A stretch of 64,000 nt of DNA from Octopus vulgaris (lineage: Eukaryota). The position numbers and the translations under genes are program-made. Below the pieces are notes generated by a model that saw only the letters and a program-made list of their open reading frames with translations, did no database searches and was not told the origin of the DNA. This document shows, piece by piece, positions 1 through 10,099 of this stretch; position 1 is the first letter of the stretch, and the number at the start of each line of letters is the position of its first letter. The stretch lies in the NCBI GenBank assembly GCA_951406725.2, contig OX597816.1, positions 85,746,001 through 85,810,000 on the forward strand. The letters are read 5' to 3'.

Positions 1-458
1 CGGAGTGGATGGGTCTTTCAATGTATAGATTGTCTCTTTGTGCTTGGCTCAGTGTGATGAAGCCAATCTTGGCTTAGGAAACGTTCAAGGAGACCAGCTG
101 GAACAGTCTCAAGTATTGTCAGATTTTCTCTTCATGTGATCAGTCTGTTCGGCTTTTGATAAGATATTAGTAAAGGCGGCATACACCACGGAGAAACCGT
201 CGTCATACAAAGTTCATTATGCAGAATATTCTCAACTCTCTAACGGTATATAGTAATAACATTGTTTTTTTGATCTATAGTAATCGCCTGTCATCTATCA
301 CCATGTGGTAAATACGTTAAATGTTTTCCTTATTTTGAAGAACCTCTCAGACATGAAATCTTATTTAAAATAACTTCCATTATAAATAGATGTCGCCAAT
401 CAGATTATTGATAGGATACATTGCAGTCAATAACAATAACGCTATAACAAATATAAGA

Positions 459-815
459 AGGTGGCTAGCTGGCAGAAACGTTAGCACGCCTTTTATCCTT
501 TCGGGGTCGATTGAATAAGTACCAGTTACGCACTGGGGTCGATATAATCGACTTAATCCGTTTGTGTGTTCTTGTTTGTCCCCTCTGTGTGTATACCCTT
601 GTGGGTACTAAAGAAATTAGAAACGTTAGCACACGGGTTGAAAAGCTTAGCGGTTTATCGTCTGTCTATACGTTCTGAGTTCAAATTCCGTCGAGGTCGC
701 ATTTACCTTTTGTCCTTTCTGGGTCAATAAATTAAGTACCAGTTGCGTTGGGGTTGATCTAATCGACTGGTCCCCCTCCTCAAAAATATCGGTCCCCTGT
801 GCCTAGAGTAGAAAA
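459..815 (+). mobile_element. tRNA-derived SINE interrupted by a nested 5'-truncated SINE (488-618)
   Basis: Head ggtggctagctggcagaaacgttagcac, B-box-like gagttcaaattcc and core ggggtcgat...aagtaccagtt. The 14-bp direct repeat agaaacgttagcac at 474-487 and 619-632 flanks the nested copy. A related copy lies at about 54945-55145. Confidence 0.8.
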
Positions 816-846
816 GAAAAGAATATAACAAATACCAGGACAAGAC

Positions 847-878
<32 letters not shown>

Positions 879-2409
879 TTTGTGTGTGTGTGTACATACA
901 TAAATATCAAAATATAAATATACATGTATGTAGATATGTATACATAGATATATATGTATATTTGTGTATGTAGATTATATGTACACATACAAAGGCACAT
1001 ATATCACAGCAACAATTAGTATGTTCGAACCACTGGACCTTCATCCATTACGCAAGCCTCAAATAGTACTAATGTAACTTTAAAAACTATCCTTCACTTT
1101 AACTAACACGAGACAAAAGCAAATCATTTACAGTTGCATGAAACAATAAAATGAATTGTCATATGAAAGCCTTCAAAGGTATCCGGGTTGCTAATGATGT
1201 TCATATTTGAAATTCGTCCAATTTTATGACGTACATAGTATATAATCTGAGAGAATGTAATAGTGATTTTAATATAACATAATTCCTCAAGGTGCATCTT
1301 CCATGAATGTACATTTTGCTGACACACATTGCTTGATTGATTTGTCGAACATCTTTAGAGGAAAGAGAATAATATTCATCACTTCAAACCATTCAAACGT
1401 ACATAATTTATTTTTCTTCGCTTTTAAATATTACACACAAAAAAGAAACACTTTCTTAACGCCGTAATTCGGAAACGTAGAGCTATTACTAAATGTATAG
1501 TCTCAGAAGAAAATTAGCGTTATTATTTTATGTTATGAGAGAAAATTTACTGATCAATGTTGGGAAGAAATTCACAGTGATTAGCCTAGACGTGTATTTG
1601 TTCCAAGAAAATGCTTTATAGAAGATTTAATCTGAAAATCCATTTTAATCAAAAAATCGCTTTTGATCCATTATATGTTTGTTAGAAGAACGATTACCAT
1701 TTACATAAATTTGTAAGAAGTAATGGCAAAAAAGAGGGTTTCCTTAAAAGTTCCTCGGTTCATGATTGAATTAGCTTATCCTTGTTTCTTTCTCTTTGAA
1801 TGAGATTTATATTCATTGCTTTAATTTAAATTTCCTCTTATGCAAAATGATTCAATCCAGTGAACATACATTCCTATTCAACCTAATCAACCATAGATAT
1901 AAAATGTTGAAACTGAAAGCCATTGTGGGTACCGCATTGTAGTACTTTCTTATCTGCCCTATGTTAAAACACGTTGCACAGTGCATGCTTTATGCATTTT
2001 GTTATGCAATGACGATATACCTAGGTATAACAATATGTAAGGTCCTAAGATTCACTCTGTACGTAATAATGGGTCTACAGCACGTTTAAGCAATACACTG
2101 TTGTTACGTGTTCTACTATGAATGTTGGTGAACTAGTCACTTGTATTTCCGCATTACCTTTTTATGTGTTTAAAACTTACCTGAAAATGGCAGGTGTATG
2201 CCATGATGTAATCTCAAAACGTACCAATAAAAATGCTGCCAAAAGAGCTGATGTGTATATATGTAGATGGATAGATAGATAGAAAGACACACAGATAGAC
2301 AGAGATAGAGAGGAAGAGAGATAATGATGCAAATAAACACGGTTGGGCATTGTATATGAAGTATACGAACATGTATATTTGAAATGTTCGGGTACATTCG
2401 GACAAGGAA

Positions 2410-2545
2410 AGGCAACCAGAAGCTTTTTGAATAAGTACTGGGCTTACAAAAGAATAAGTCCCGTGATCGAGTTGCTCGATTAAAGACGGTGCTCCAGCAT
2501 GGCCGCAGTCAAATGACTGAAACAAGTAAAAGAGTAAAGAGTAAA
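2410..2545 (+). mobile_element. SINE 3' portion
   Basis: ataagtactgggcttacaaaagaataagtcc...ggtgctccagcatggccgcagtcaaatgactgaaacaagtaaaagagtaaaagagt. Recurs at about 53125-53295, 62590-62730 and 40975-41130, and inverted at about 22470-22520 and 57190-57350. Confidence 0.75.
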
Positions 2546-2729
2546 TAATAATTAAAATCAAACTAAAGTATAATATAATCGTAACATAACAAAAGAAAAA
2601 ATAGCAATTGGTATAAAATTGCATTAATGACTTGAACTTGAATAAGTGGTTTCACATGAATGGGAATAAATTAAAAGTAAAATTAGCGTGCAGAAATGGA
2701 ATAGTCCAGATGGATAATAAAAAATTAAA

Positions 2730-2800
2730 TTAAAGGAAAGACAATTGTCTATAAAGTATACAACGTAGAGAAAACAGAAGATTTGAACACATCGAGCAAA
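2730..2800 (+). pseudogene. Left half of a decayed L1/Tx1-type ORF1 that was the insertion target
   Basis: Translates KGKTIVYKVYNVEK, which aligns with EKKRIIYKTYDTT in the LINE ORF1 and ENKTVTYRTQDKS in the short-element ORF1. Confidence 0.55.
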
Positions 2801-2928
2801 TTTACCCACGTGTGTTGTTATCTGTGATTAGAAGTTGAAATTTTGTTGTGTAAAGTGATTAATATCGCGCGAGGCGTTTGCCTCCACGTTTGGAAACCTT
2901 CAGAAGAAGGTGAATTGACCCTCTAGTC

Positions 2929-3108
2929 ATGGCGACTTACGCGGGGGTCACGGGAAAGAAAAATAATGATTCGTCGATAATCGTGAAGGATGTTTTCTTT
3001 GAGAAAAGTAAAATCAAAGAATATGAAAAGCTATTCAAAAGGGAGGGTGATAGCGTGAAGCTAATCCCCCCGCGAAAGCAAAAGAGGACAAAGAAAACAA
3101 GACTGTAA
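2929..3108 (+). CDS. N-terminal segment of ORF1 (59 aa, MATYAGVTGKK...KREGDSVKLIPP), overlapping the main ORF1 frame
   Basis: ATG in gtcATGG context. TYAGVTGKK..IVKDVFFE..KREG aligns with KFAEVAGKK..IKKIYIE..KKEG in the LINE ORF1 N-terminus. Confidence 0.7.
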   Translation: MATYAGVTGKKNNDSSIIVKDVFFEKSKIKEYEKLFKREGDSVKLIPPRKQKRTKKTRL

Positions 3109-4328
3109 CGTATAGAACCCAGGACAAAAGTACAAAGAAACTGGCAAGAGTGGAGATAGCAGAGATCGAAAAATGTCTGGGAGACATAATGGATAAATCG
3201 ACCTACGTGAGTAGAGGAAAAAAATTTGGTACGGTGGAGGTGAGATGTGCAACGGAAGAAATTGCAGCCTCACTGGCTACCACTGTTCTAAGAGCGGAAA
3301 CATTTATAATGTGGCCCTCATACAAGGGAAGAAGAGGGGTCCGGGTTAAAATCCCGAATATACCCCCAGAAGTAAAAACAGAATGGCTGGCAACAGCTAT
3401 TCTAGGAGCAGCAGAAGAGGAAGTGGAGGTGGAATCCTTTAAGGAGTCCAACGCAGTAAATTGGAGAGGATATGGGGTAGAACTGTGTTTGATGGCCACA
3501 AAAGAGGACATTGAAAGGTTCCCCTATAGAATAGAAATCGAAGACGAGAAAACCCTCAGTGTAATTGTAGAGGGAAGAAAGCCAAACTGCTACTTGTGCG
3601 GGACAAGGGGGCACATTAAAAAAGAGTGCCCGTTATATGAATTCGTGGCGGAGTATGAGAAGGAAATTGAAGAAAAGAAGAATACGGTAAATGAAAGAGA
3701 AAACATAGAAAAGGAGACAAAACAACAAGAGAAAGGAAATAATAAGTCAACGAAGGAAAAAGAAATAAAAGAAAAGAAAGAAATAGAACCAAAACAGAGT
3801 CAGGAAAAGAAAAAGGAAAAAGAAACAACAGGAAAAAAACAAGAGAGAGAACAGAACCAAACGAAAAGAAAAGACGGCACACAAAAGGAAAAAGAAAAGG
3901 AACATAAAACACGAGAGAAAGAGAGAACAGACAAAGAACCAAAAAGACAAGAGAAGGAAGAAGAAAGAAAAGAAGGCAAAAAGAGAGAAAGAGAGAAACA
4001 AAGAGAGGAGAACAAGGAAGAAGTAAGCCCGAAAAGAAAAACGAGAGAAAACGTAGGACGGAAACAAGATTACTACAAGTTAATAACCTTCCATTTCAGC
4101 CCCGAAATGAAGGAATTGACATGTAGTATGGAGGGACATGTGTGGGTCAACAGGATGACTGATCAGTGGCAGGAGACTGCTCTGATCCCCGAAGAAAGAG
4201 TCGCTGAGTTCCTCAGAGCAGCTGGAGAGAGTGTAAATTTTTACACGGGTGTTCGAGTGAAAGAGCGGCTGCCTGAGGGCTCAGTGATTGACTTTAGAGA
4301 CTTGAAAAGTATTATGGAATACGTGTGA
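3054..4328 (+). CDS. LINE ORF1-like nucleic acid-binding protein: RRM-like region, CX2CX4HX4C knuckle, K/E-rich linker, unknown C-terminal domain
   Basis: Frame is open from 3054 (ORF track starts at GTG 3150). Contains CYLCGTRGHIKKEC. SRGKKFGTVEVR and VIVEGRKPNC match NRGKRYGTVEVR and VFVDGRKPRC in the LINE ORF1. Confidence 0.85.
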   Translation, partial: REANPPAKAKEDKENKTVTYRTQDKSTKKLARVEIAEIEKCLGDIMDKSTYVSRGKKFGTVEVRCATEEIAASLATTVLRAETFIMWPSYKGRRGVRVKIPNIPPEVKTEWLATAILGAAEEEVEVESFKESNAVNWRGYGVELCLMATKEDIERFPYRIEIEDEKTLSVIVEGRKPNCYLCGTRGHIKKECPLYEFVAEYEKEIEEKKNTVNERENIEKETKQQEKGNNKSTKEKEIKEKKEIEPKQSQEKKKEKETTGKKQEREQNQTKRKDGTQKEKEKEHKTREKERTDKEPKRQEKEEERKEGKKREREKQREENKEEVSPKRKTRENVGRKQDYYKLITFHFSPEMKELTCSMEGHVWVNRMTDQWQETALIPEERVAEFLRAAGESVNFYTGVRVKERLPEGSVIDFRDLKSIMEYV

Positions 4329-4581
4329 GATTGTGAGAGGAGAGAGAAGAAAGAAGAGAAAAAGAAAAAAAAAATTGTGAACTATATGTGACGAAAATGT
4401 AACCTCTCGATTCCGGGGATCGAGTGGGCATTTGCATCTCATTGTAAATATTCTTTCATTTGTCATTTTTATTTTAATTTTTCCCTTCTTGTCATTTCGC
4501 TTTCTTATTTTAAGTTCCCCGATTGTATTGTCCCCTCTATGTTCGCCCCTTGTGGGTAGTAATAAAATCACATCGAGGAAA

Positions 4582-6348
4582 TTTACCCACGTGTGTTGTT
4601 ATCTGTGATTAGACGTTGAAATTTTGTTGTGTAAAGTGATTAATATCGCGCGAGGCGTTTGCCTCCACGTTTGGAAACCTTCCGAAGAAGGTGAATTGAC
4701 CCTCTAGTCATGGCGACTTACGCGGGGGTCACGGGAAAGAAAAATAATGATTCGGCAATAATCGTGAAGGATGTTTTCTTTGAGAAGAGTAAACTCAAAG
4801 AATACGAAAAGCTATTCAAAAGGGAGGGTGATAGCGTGAAGCTAATCCCCCCGCGAAAGCAAAAGAGGACAAAGAAAACAAAACTGTAACGTATAGAACC
4901 CAGGACAAAAGTACAAAGAAACTGGCAAGAGTGGAGATAGCAGAGATCGAAAAATGTCTGGGAGACATAATGGATAAATCGACCTACGTGAGTAGAGGAA
5001 AAAAATTTGGTACGGTGGAGGTGAGATGTGCAACGGAAGAAATTGCAGCCTCACTGGCTACCACTGTTCTAAGAGCGGAAACATTTATAATGTGGCCCTC
5101 ATACAAGGGAAGAAGAGGGGTCCGGGTAAAATCCCGAATATACCCCCAGAAGTAAAAACAGAATGGCTGGCAACAGCTATTCTAGGAGCAGCAGAAGAGG
5201 AAGTGGAGGTGGAATCCTTTAAGGAGTCCAACGCAGTAAATTGGAGAGGATATGGGGTAGAACTGTGTTTGATGGCCACAAAAGAGGACATTGAAAGGTT
5301 CCCCTATAGAATAGAAATCGAAGACGAGAAAACCCTCAGTGTAATTGTAGAGGGAAGAAAGCCAAACTGCTACTTGTGCGGGACAAGGGGGCACATTAAA
5401 AAAGAGTGCCCGTTATACGAATTCATAGCGGAGTATGAGAAGGAACTTGAAGAAAAGAAGAATACGGTAAATGAAAAAGAAAACATAGAAAAGGAGACAA
5501 AACAACAAGAGAAAGGAAATAATAAGTCAACGAAGGAAAAAGAAATAAAAGAAAAGAAAGAAATAGAACCAAAACAGAGTCAGGAAAAGAAAAAGGAAAA
5601 AGAAACAACAGGAAAAAACAAGAGAGAGAACAGAACCAAACGAAAAGAAAAGACGGCACACAAAAGGAAAAAGAAAAGGAACATAAAACACGAGAGAAAG
5701 AGAGAACAGACAAAGAACCAAAAAGACAAGAGAAGGAAGAAGAAAGAAAAGAAGGCAAAAAGAGAGAAAGAGAGAAACAAAGAGAGGAGAACAAGGAAGA
5801 AGTAAGCCCGAAAAGAAAAACGAGAGAAAACGTAGGACGGAAACAAGATTACTACAAGTTAATAACCTTCCATTTCAGCCCCGAAATGAAGGAATTGACA
5901 TGTAGTATGGAGGGACATGTGTGGGTCAACAGGATGACTGATCAGTGGCAGGAGACTGCTCTGATCCCCGAAGAAAGAGTCGCTGAGTTCCTCAGAGCAG
6001 CTGGAGAGAGTGTAATTTTTTACACGGGTGTTCGAGTGAAAGAGCGGCTGCCTGAGGGCTCAGTGATTGACTTTAGAGACTTGAAAAGTATTATGGAATA
6101 CGTGTGAGATTGTGAGAGGAGAGAGAAGAAAGAAGAGAAAAAAGAAAAAAAAATTGTGAACTATATGTGACGAAAATGTAACCTCTCGATTCCGGGGATC
6201 GAGTGGGCATTTGCATCTCATTGTAAATATTCTTTCATTTGTCATTTTTATTTTAATTTTTTCCCTTCTTGTCATTTCGCTTTCTTATTTTAAGTTCCCC
6301 GATTGTATTGTCCCCTCTATGTTCGCCCCTTGTGGGTAGTAATAAAAT
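4582..6348 (+). mobile_element. ORF1-only element, copy 2 (1-nt frameshifts)
   Basis: Near-identical to copy 1. ORF pieces at 4931-5155, 5026-5805 and 5886-6107 are broken at short base runs. Confidence 0.9.
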
Positions 6349-6361
6349 CAAATGGCGGAAA

Positions 6362-8111
6362 TCAATTTGCGTGTTGTTATCTGTGATTAGAAGTTGAAAT
6401 TTTGTTGTGTAAAGTGATTAATATCGCGCGAGGCATTTGCCTCCACGTTTGGAAACCTTCCGAAGAAGGTGAATTGACCCTCTAGTCATGGCGACTTACG
6501 CGGGGGTCACGGGAAAGAAAATAATGATTCGGCAATAATCGTGAAGGATGTTTTCTTTGAGAAGAGTAAACTCAAAGAATACGAAAAGCTATTCAAAAGG
6601 GAGGGTGATAGCGTGAAGCTAATCCCCCCGCGAAAGCAAAAGAGGACAAAGAAAACAAAACTGTAACGTATAGAACCCAGGACAAAAGTACAAAGAAACT
6701 GGCAAGAGTGGAGATAGCAGAGATCGAAAAATGTCTGGGAGACATAATGGATAAATCGACCTACGTGAGTAGAGGAAAAAAATTTGGTACGGTGGAGGTG
6801 AGATGTGCAACGGAAGAAATTGCAGCCTCACTGGCTACCACTGTTCTAAGAGCGGAAACATTTATAATGTGGCCCTCATACAAGGGAAGAAGAGGGGTCC
6901 GGGTTAAAATCCCGAATATACCCCCAGAAGTAAAAACAGAATGGCTGGCAACAGCTATTCTAGGAGCAGCAGAAGAGGAAGTGGAGGTGGAATCCTTTAA
7001 GGAGTCCAACGCAGTAAATTGGAGAGGATATGGGGTAGAACTGTGTTTGATGGCCACAAAAGAGGACATTGAAAGGTTCCCCTATAGAATAGAAATCGAA
7101 GACGAGAAAACCCTCAGTGTAATTGTAGAGGGAAGAAAGCCAAACTGCTACTTGTGCGGGACAAGGGGGCACATTAAAAAAGAGTGCCCGTTATACGAAT
7201 TCGTAGCGGAGTGCGAGCAGGAACTCGAAAAGAAGAATACAGTAAATGAAAAAGAAAACATAGAAAAGGAAACAAAACAACAAGAGAAAGGAAATAATAA
7301 GTCAACGAAGGAAAAAGAAATAAAAGAAAAGAAAGAAATAGAACCAAAACAGAGTCAGGAAAAGAAAAAGGAAAAAGAAACAACAGGAAAAAAACAAGAG
7401 AGAGACAGAATCAAACGAAAAGAAAAGACGGCACACAAAAGGAAAAAGAAAAGGAACATAAAACACGAGAGAAAGAACCAAAAAGACAAGAGAAGGAAGG
7501 AGAAAGAAAAGAAGGCAAAAAGAGAGAAAGAGAGAAACAAAGAGAGGAGAACAAGGAAGAAATAAGCCCGAAAAGAAAAACGAGGGAAAACGTAGGACGG
7601 AAACAAGATCACGGCTTCTACAAGTTAGTAACCTTCCATTTCTGCCCTGAAATGAAAGAATTGACAAGTAGTACGGAGGGACATATATGGGTCGACAGGA
7701 TGACCGATCAGTGGCAGGAGACTGCTCTAATCCCCGAAGAAAGAGTCGCTGAGTTCCTCAGAGCTGCCGGTGAGAGTGTAACATTTTACACGAGTGTTCG
7801 AGTGAAAGAGCGGCTGCCTGAGGGCTCAGTGATAGACTTTAGAGAATTGAAAACTATCATGGAATATGTATAGAAATGTGAGAGAGAGAGAAGAAAGAAG
7901 TGAAAAAAGAAAATATTGTGAAATATATGTGACGAAAATGTAACCTCTCGATTCCGGGGATCGAGTGGGCATTTACATCTCATTGTAAATATTCTTTCAT
8001 ATGTCATTTTTTACTTTTATTTTTTCCTTTTCTTGTCATTCGCTTTCTTATTTTAAGTTCCCCGATTGTATTGTCCCCTCTATGTTCGCCCCTTGTGGGT
8101 AATAATAAAAT
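6362..8111 (+). mobile_element. ORF1-only element, copy 3
   Basis: Same architecture. ORFs at 6708-7565 and 7652-7873. Diverged 3' half and a different 5' leader (tcaatttgc). Confidence 0.9.
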
Positions 8112-8125
8112 CACATCGGCGGAAA

Positions 8126-9873
8126 TTTACCCACGTGTGTTGTTATCTGTGATTAGACGTTGAAATTTTGTTGTGTAAAGTGATTAATATCGCGCGAGGC
8201 ATTTGCCTCCACGTTTGGAAACCTTCCGAAGAAGGTGAATTGACCCTCTAGTCATGGCGACTTACGCGGGGGTCACGGGAAAGAATAATAATGATTCGGC
8301 AATAATCGTGAAGGATGTTTTCTTTGAGAAGAGTAAACTCAAAGAATATGAAAAACTATTCAAAAGGGAGGGTGATAGCGTGAAGCTAATCCCCCCGCGA
8401 AAGCAAAAGAGGACAAAGAAAACAAGACTGTAACATATAGAACCCAAGACAAAGATACAAAGAAACTGGCAAGAGTGGAGATAGCAGAAATCGAAAAATG
8501 TCTGGGAGACATAATGGGGAAATCGACCTACGTGAGTAGAGGAAAGAAATTTGGTACGGTGGAGGTGAGATGTGCAACGGAAGAAATTGCAGCCTCACTG
8601 GCTACCACTGTACTAAGAGCGGAAACATTTATAATGTGGCCCTCATACAAGGGAAGAAGAGGGGTCCGGGTTAAAATCCCGAATATACCCCCAGAAGTAA
8701 AAACAGAATGGCTGGCAACAGCTATTCTAGGAGCAGCAGAAGAGGAAGTGGAGGTGGAATCCTTTAAGGAGTCCAACGTGATAAACTGGAGAGGATATGG
8801 GGTGGAACTGTGTTTGATGGCCACAAAAGAGGACATTGAAAGGTTCCCCTACAGAATAGAAATTGAAGATGAGAAAACCCTCAGTGTAATTGTAGAGGGA
8901 AGAAAGCCAAACTGCTACTTGTGCGGGACAAGGGGGCACATTAAAAAAGAGTGCCCGTTATACGAATTCGTAGCGGAGTGCGAGCAGGAACTCGAAAAGA
9001 AGAATACGGTAAATGAAAAAGAAAACATAGAAAAGGAAACAAAACAACAAGAGAAAGGAAATAATAAGTCAATGAAGGAAAAAGAAATAAAAGAAAAGAA
9101 AGAAATAGAACCAAAACAGAGTCAGGAAAAGAAAAAGGAAAAAGAAACAACAGGAAAAAAACAAGAGAGAGATCAGAACCAAACGAAAAGAAAAGACGGC
9201 ACACAAAAAGAAAAAGAAAAGGAACATAAAACACGAGAGAAAGATAGAACAGACAAAGAACCAAAAAGACAAAGAAGAAGGAAGGAAAAGAAAAGAAGGC
9301 AAAAAGAGAGAAAGAGAGAAACAAAGAGAGGAGAACAAGGAAGAAATAAGCCCGAAAAGAAAAACGAGGGAAAACGTAGGACGGAAACAAGATCACGGCT
9401 TCTACAAGTTAGTAACCTTCCATTTCTGCCCTGAAATGAAAGAATTGACAAGTAGTACGGAGGGACATGTGTGGGTCAACAGGATGACTGATCAGTGGCA
9501 GGAGACTGCTCTGATCCCCGAAGAAAGAGTCGCTGAGTTCCTCAGAGCTGCCGGGTGTTCGAATGAAAGAGCGGCTGCCTGAGGGCTCAGTGATTGACTT
9601 TAGAGACTTGAAAGGTATTATGGAATATGTATAGAAATGTGAGAAGAGAGAGAAGAAAGAAGAGAAAAAAGAAAATATTGTGAAATATATGTGACGAAAA
9701 TGTAACCTCTCGATTCCGGGGATCGAGTGGGCATTTACATCTCATTGTAAATATTCTTTCATATGTCATTTTTTACTTTTATTTTTTCCTTTTCTTGTCA
9801 TTTGCTTTCTTATTTTAAGTTCCCCGATTGTATTGTCCCCTCTATGTTCGCCCCTTGTGGGTAATAATAAAAT
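8126..9873 (+). mobile_element. ORF1-only element, copy 4
   Basis: Same architecture. ORF at 8475-9434 and a deletion of about 20 nt near 9553. Confidence 0.9.
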
Positions 9874-10099
9874 CACATGGAGGAAATCAATTTTTTGCGT
9901 TATTAGTAAGTTGATATATATTTTGCTCTCGTACTATTATCTCTGTTATTATATACTGTTGGTCTACCTGTTTTGTCTATTGTTGTCTAACTGACGAAGT
10001 CAGCCTTCGCGCGAAGACTTCGCGTTGGTGTTCCCCCTCCGTGGGGGAAAACTACAATTAATTTGGATTTACCAAAGGCTTGTTAAAGCCATTTGTTCA

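Larger units (their letters stand above)
2801..4568 (+). mobile_element. ORF1-only non-autonomous non-LTR element, copy 1 (HAL1-like)
   Basis: 5' UTR, ORF1 with CCHC knuckle and no ORF2. 3' tail ttgtcccctctatgttcgccccttgtgggtagtaataaaa is shared with the LINE at 9887-14785. Near-identical to three tandem neighbours. Confidence 0.9.

Noticed and set aside
50-90. tgatga-agcca/tggct-gaaacgtt hammerhead-like motif (also one at about 58052-58090, minus strand)
   Set aside because: The core is incomplete and stem I or III is missing.
3061-9769. Many minus-strand F/S/L-rich ORFs over the tandem elements
   Set aside because: They are antisense shadows of the purine-rich ORF1.
9874-9900. Resemblance of the junction to antisense U1 snRNA (CACATTTGGGGAAATC) or to an Sm site (AATTTTTTG)
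   Set aside because: The match is short and imperfect, and no snRNA sequence flanks the array.
9990-10055. CTGACGA...GAAA in the LINE 5' UTR as a hammerhead
   Set aside because: No stem II closes onto GAAA and no stem I/III with an NUH site could be built.
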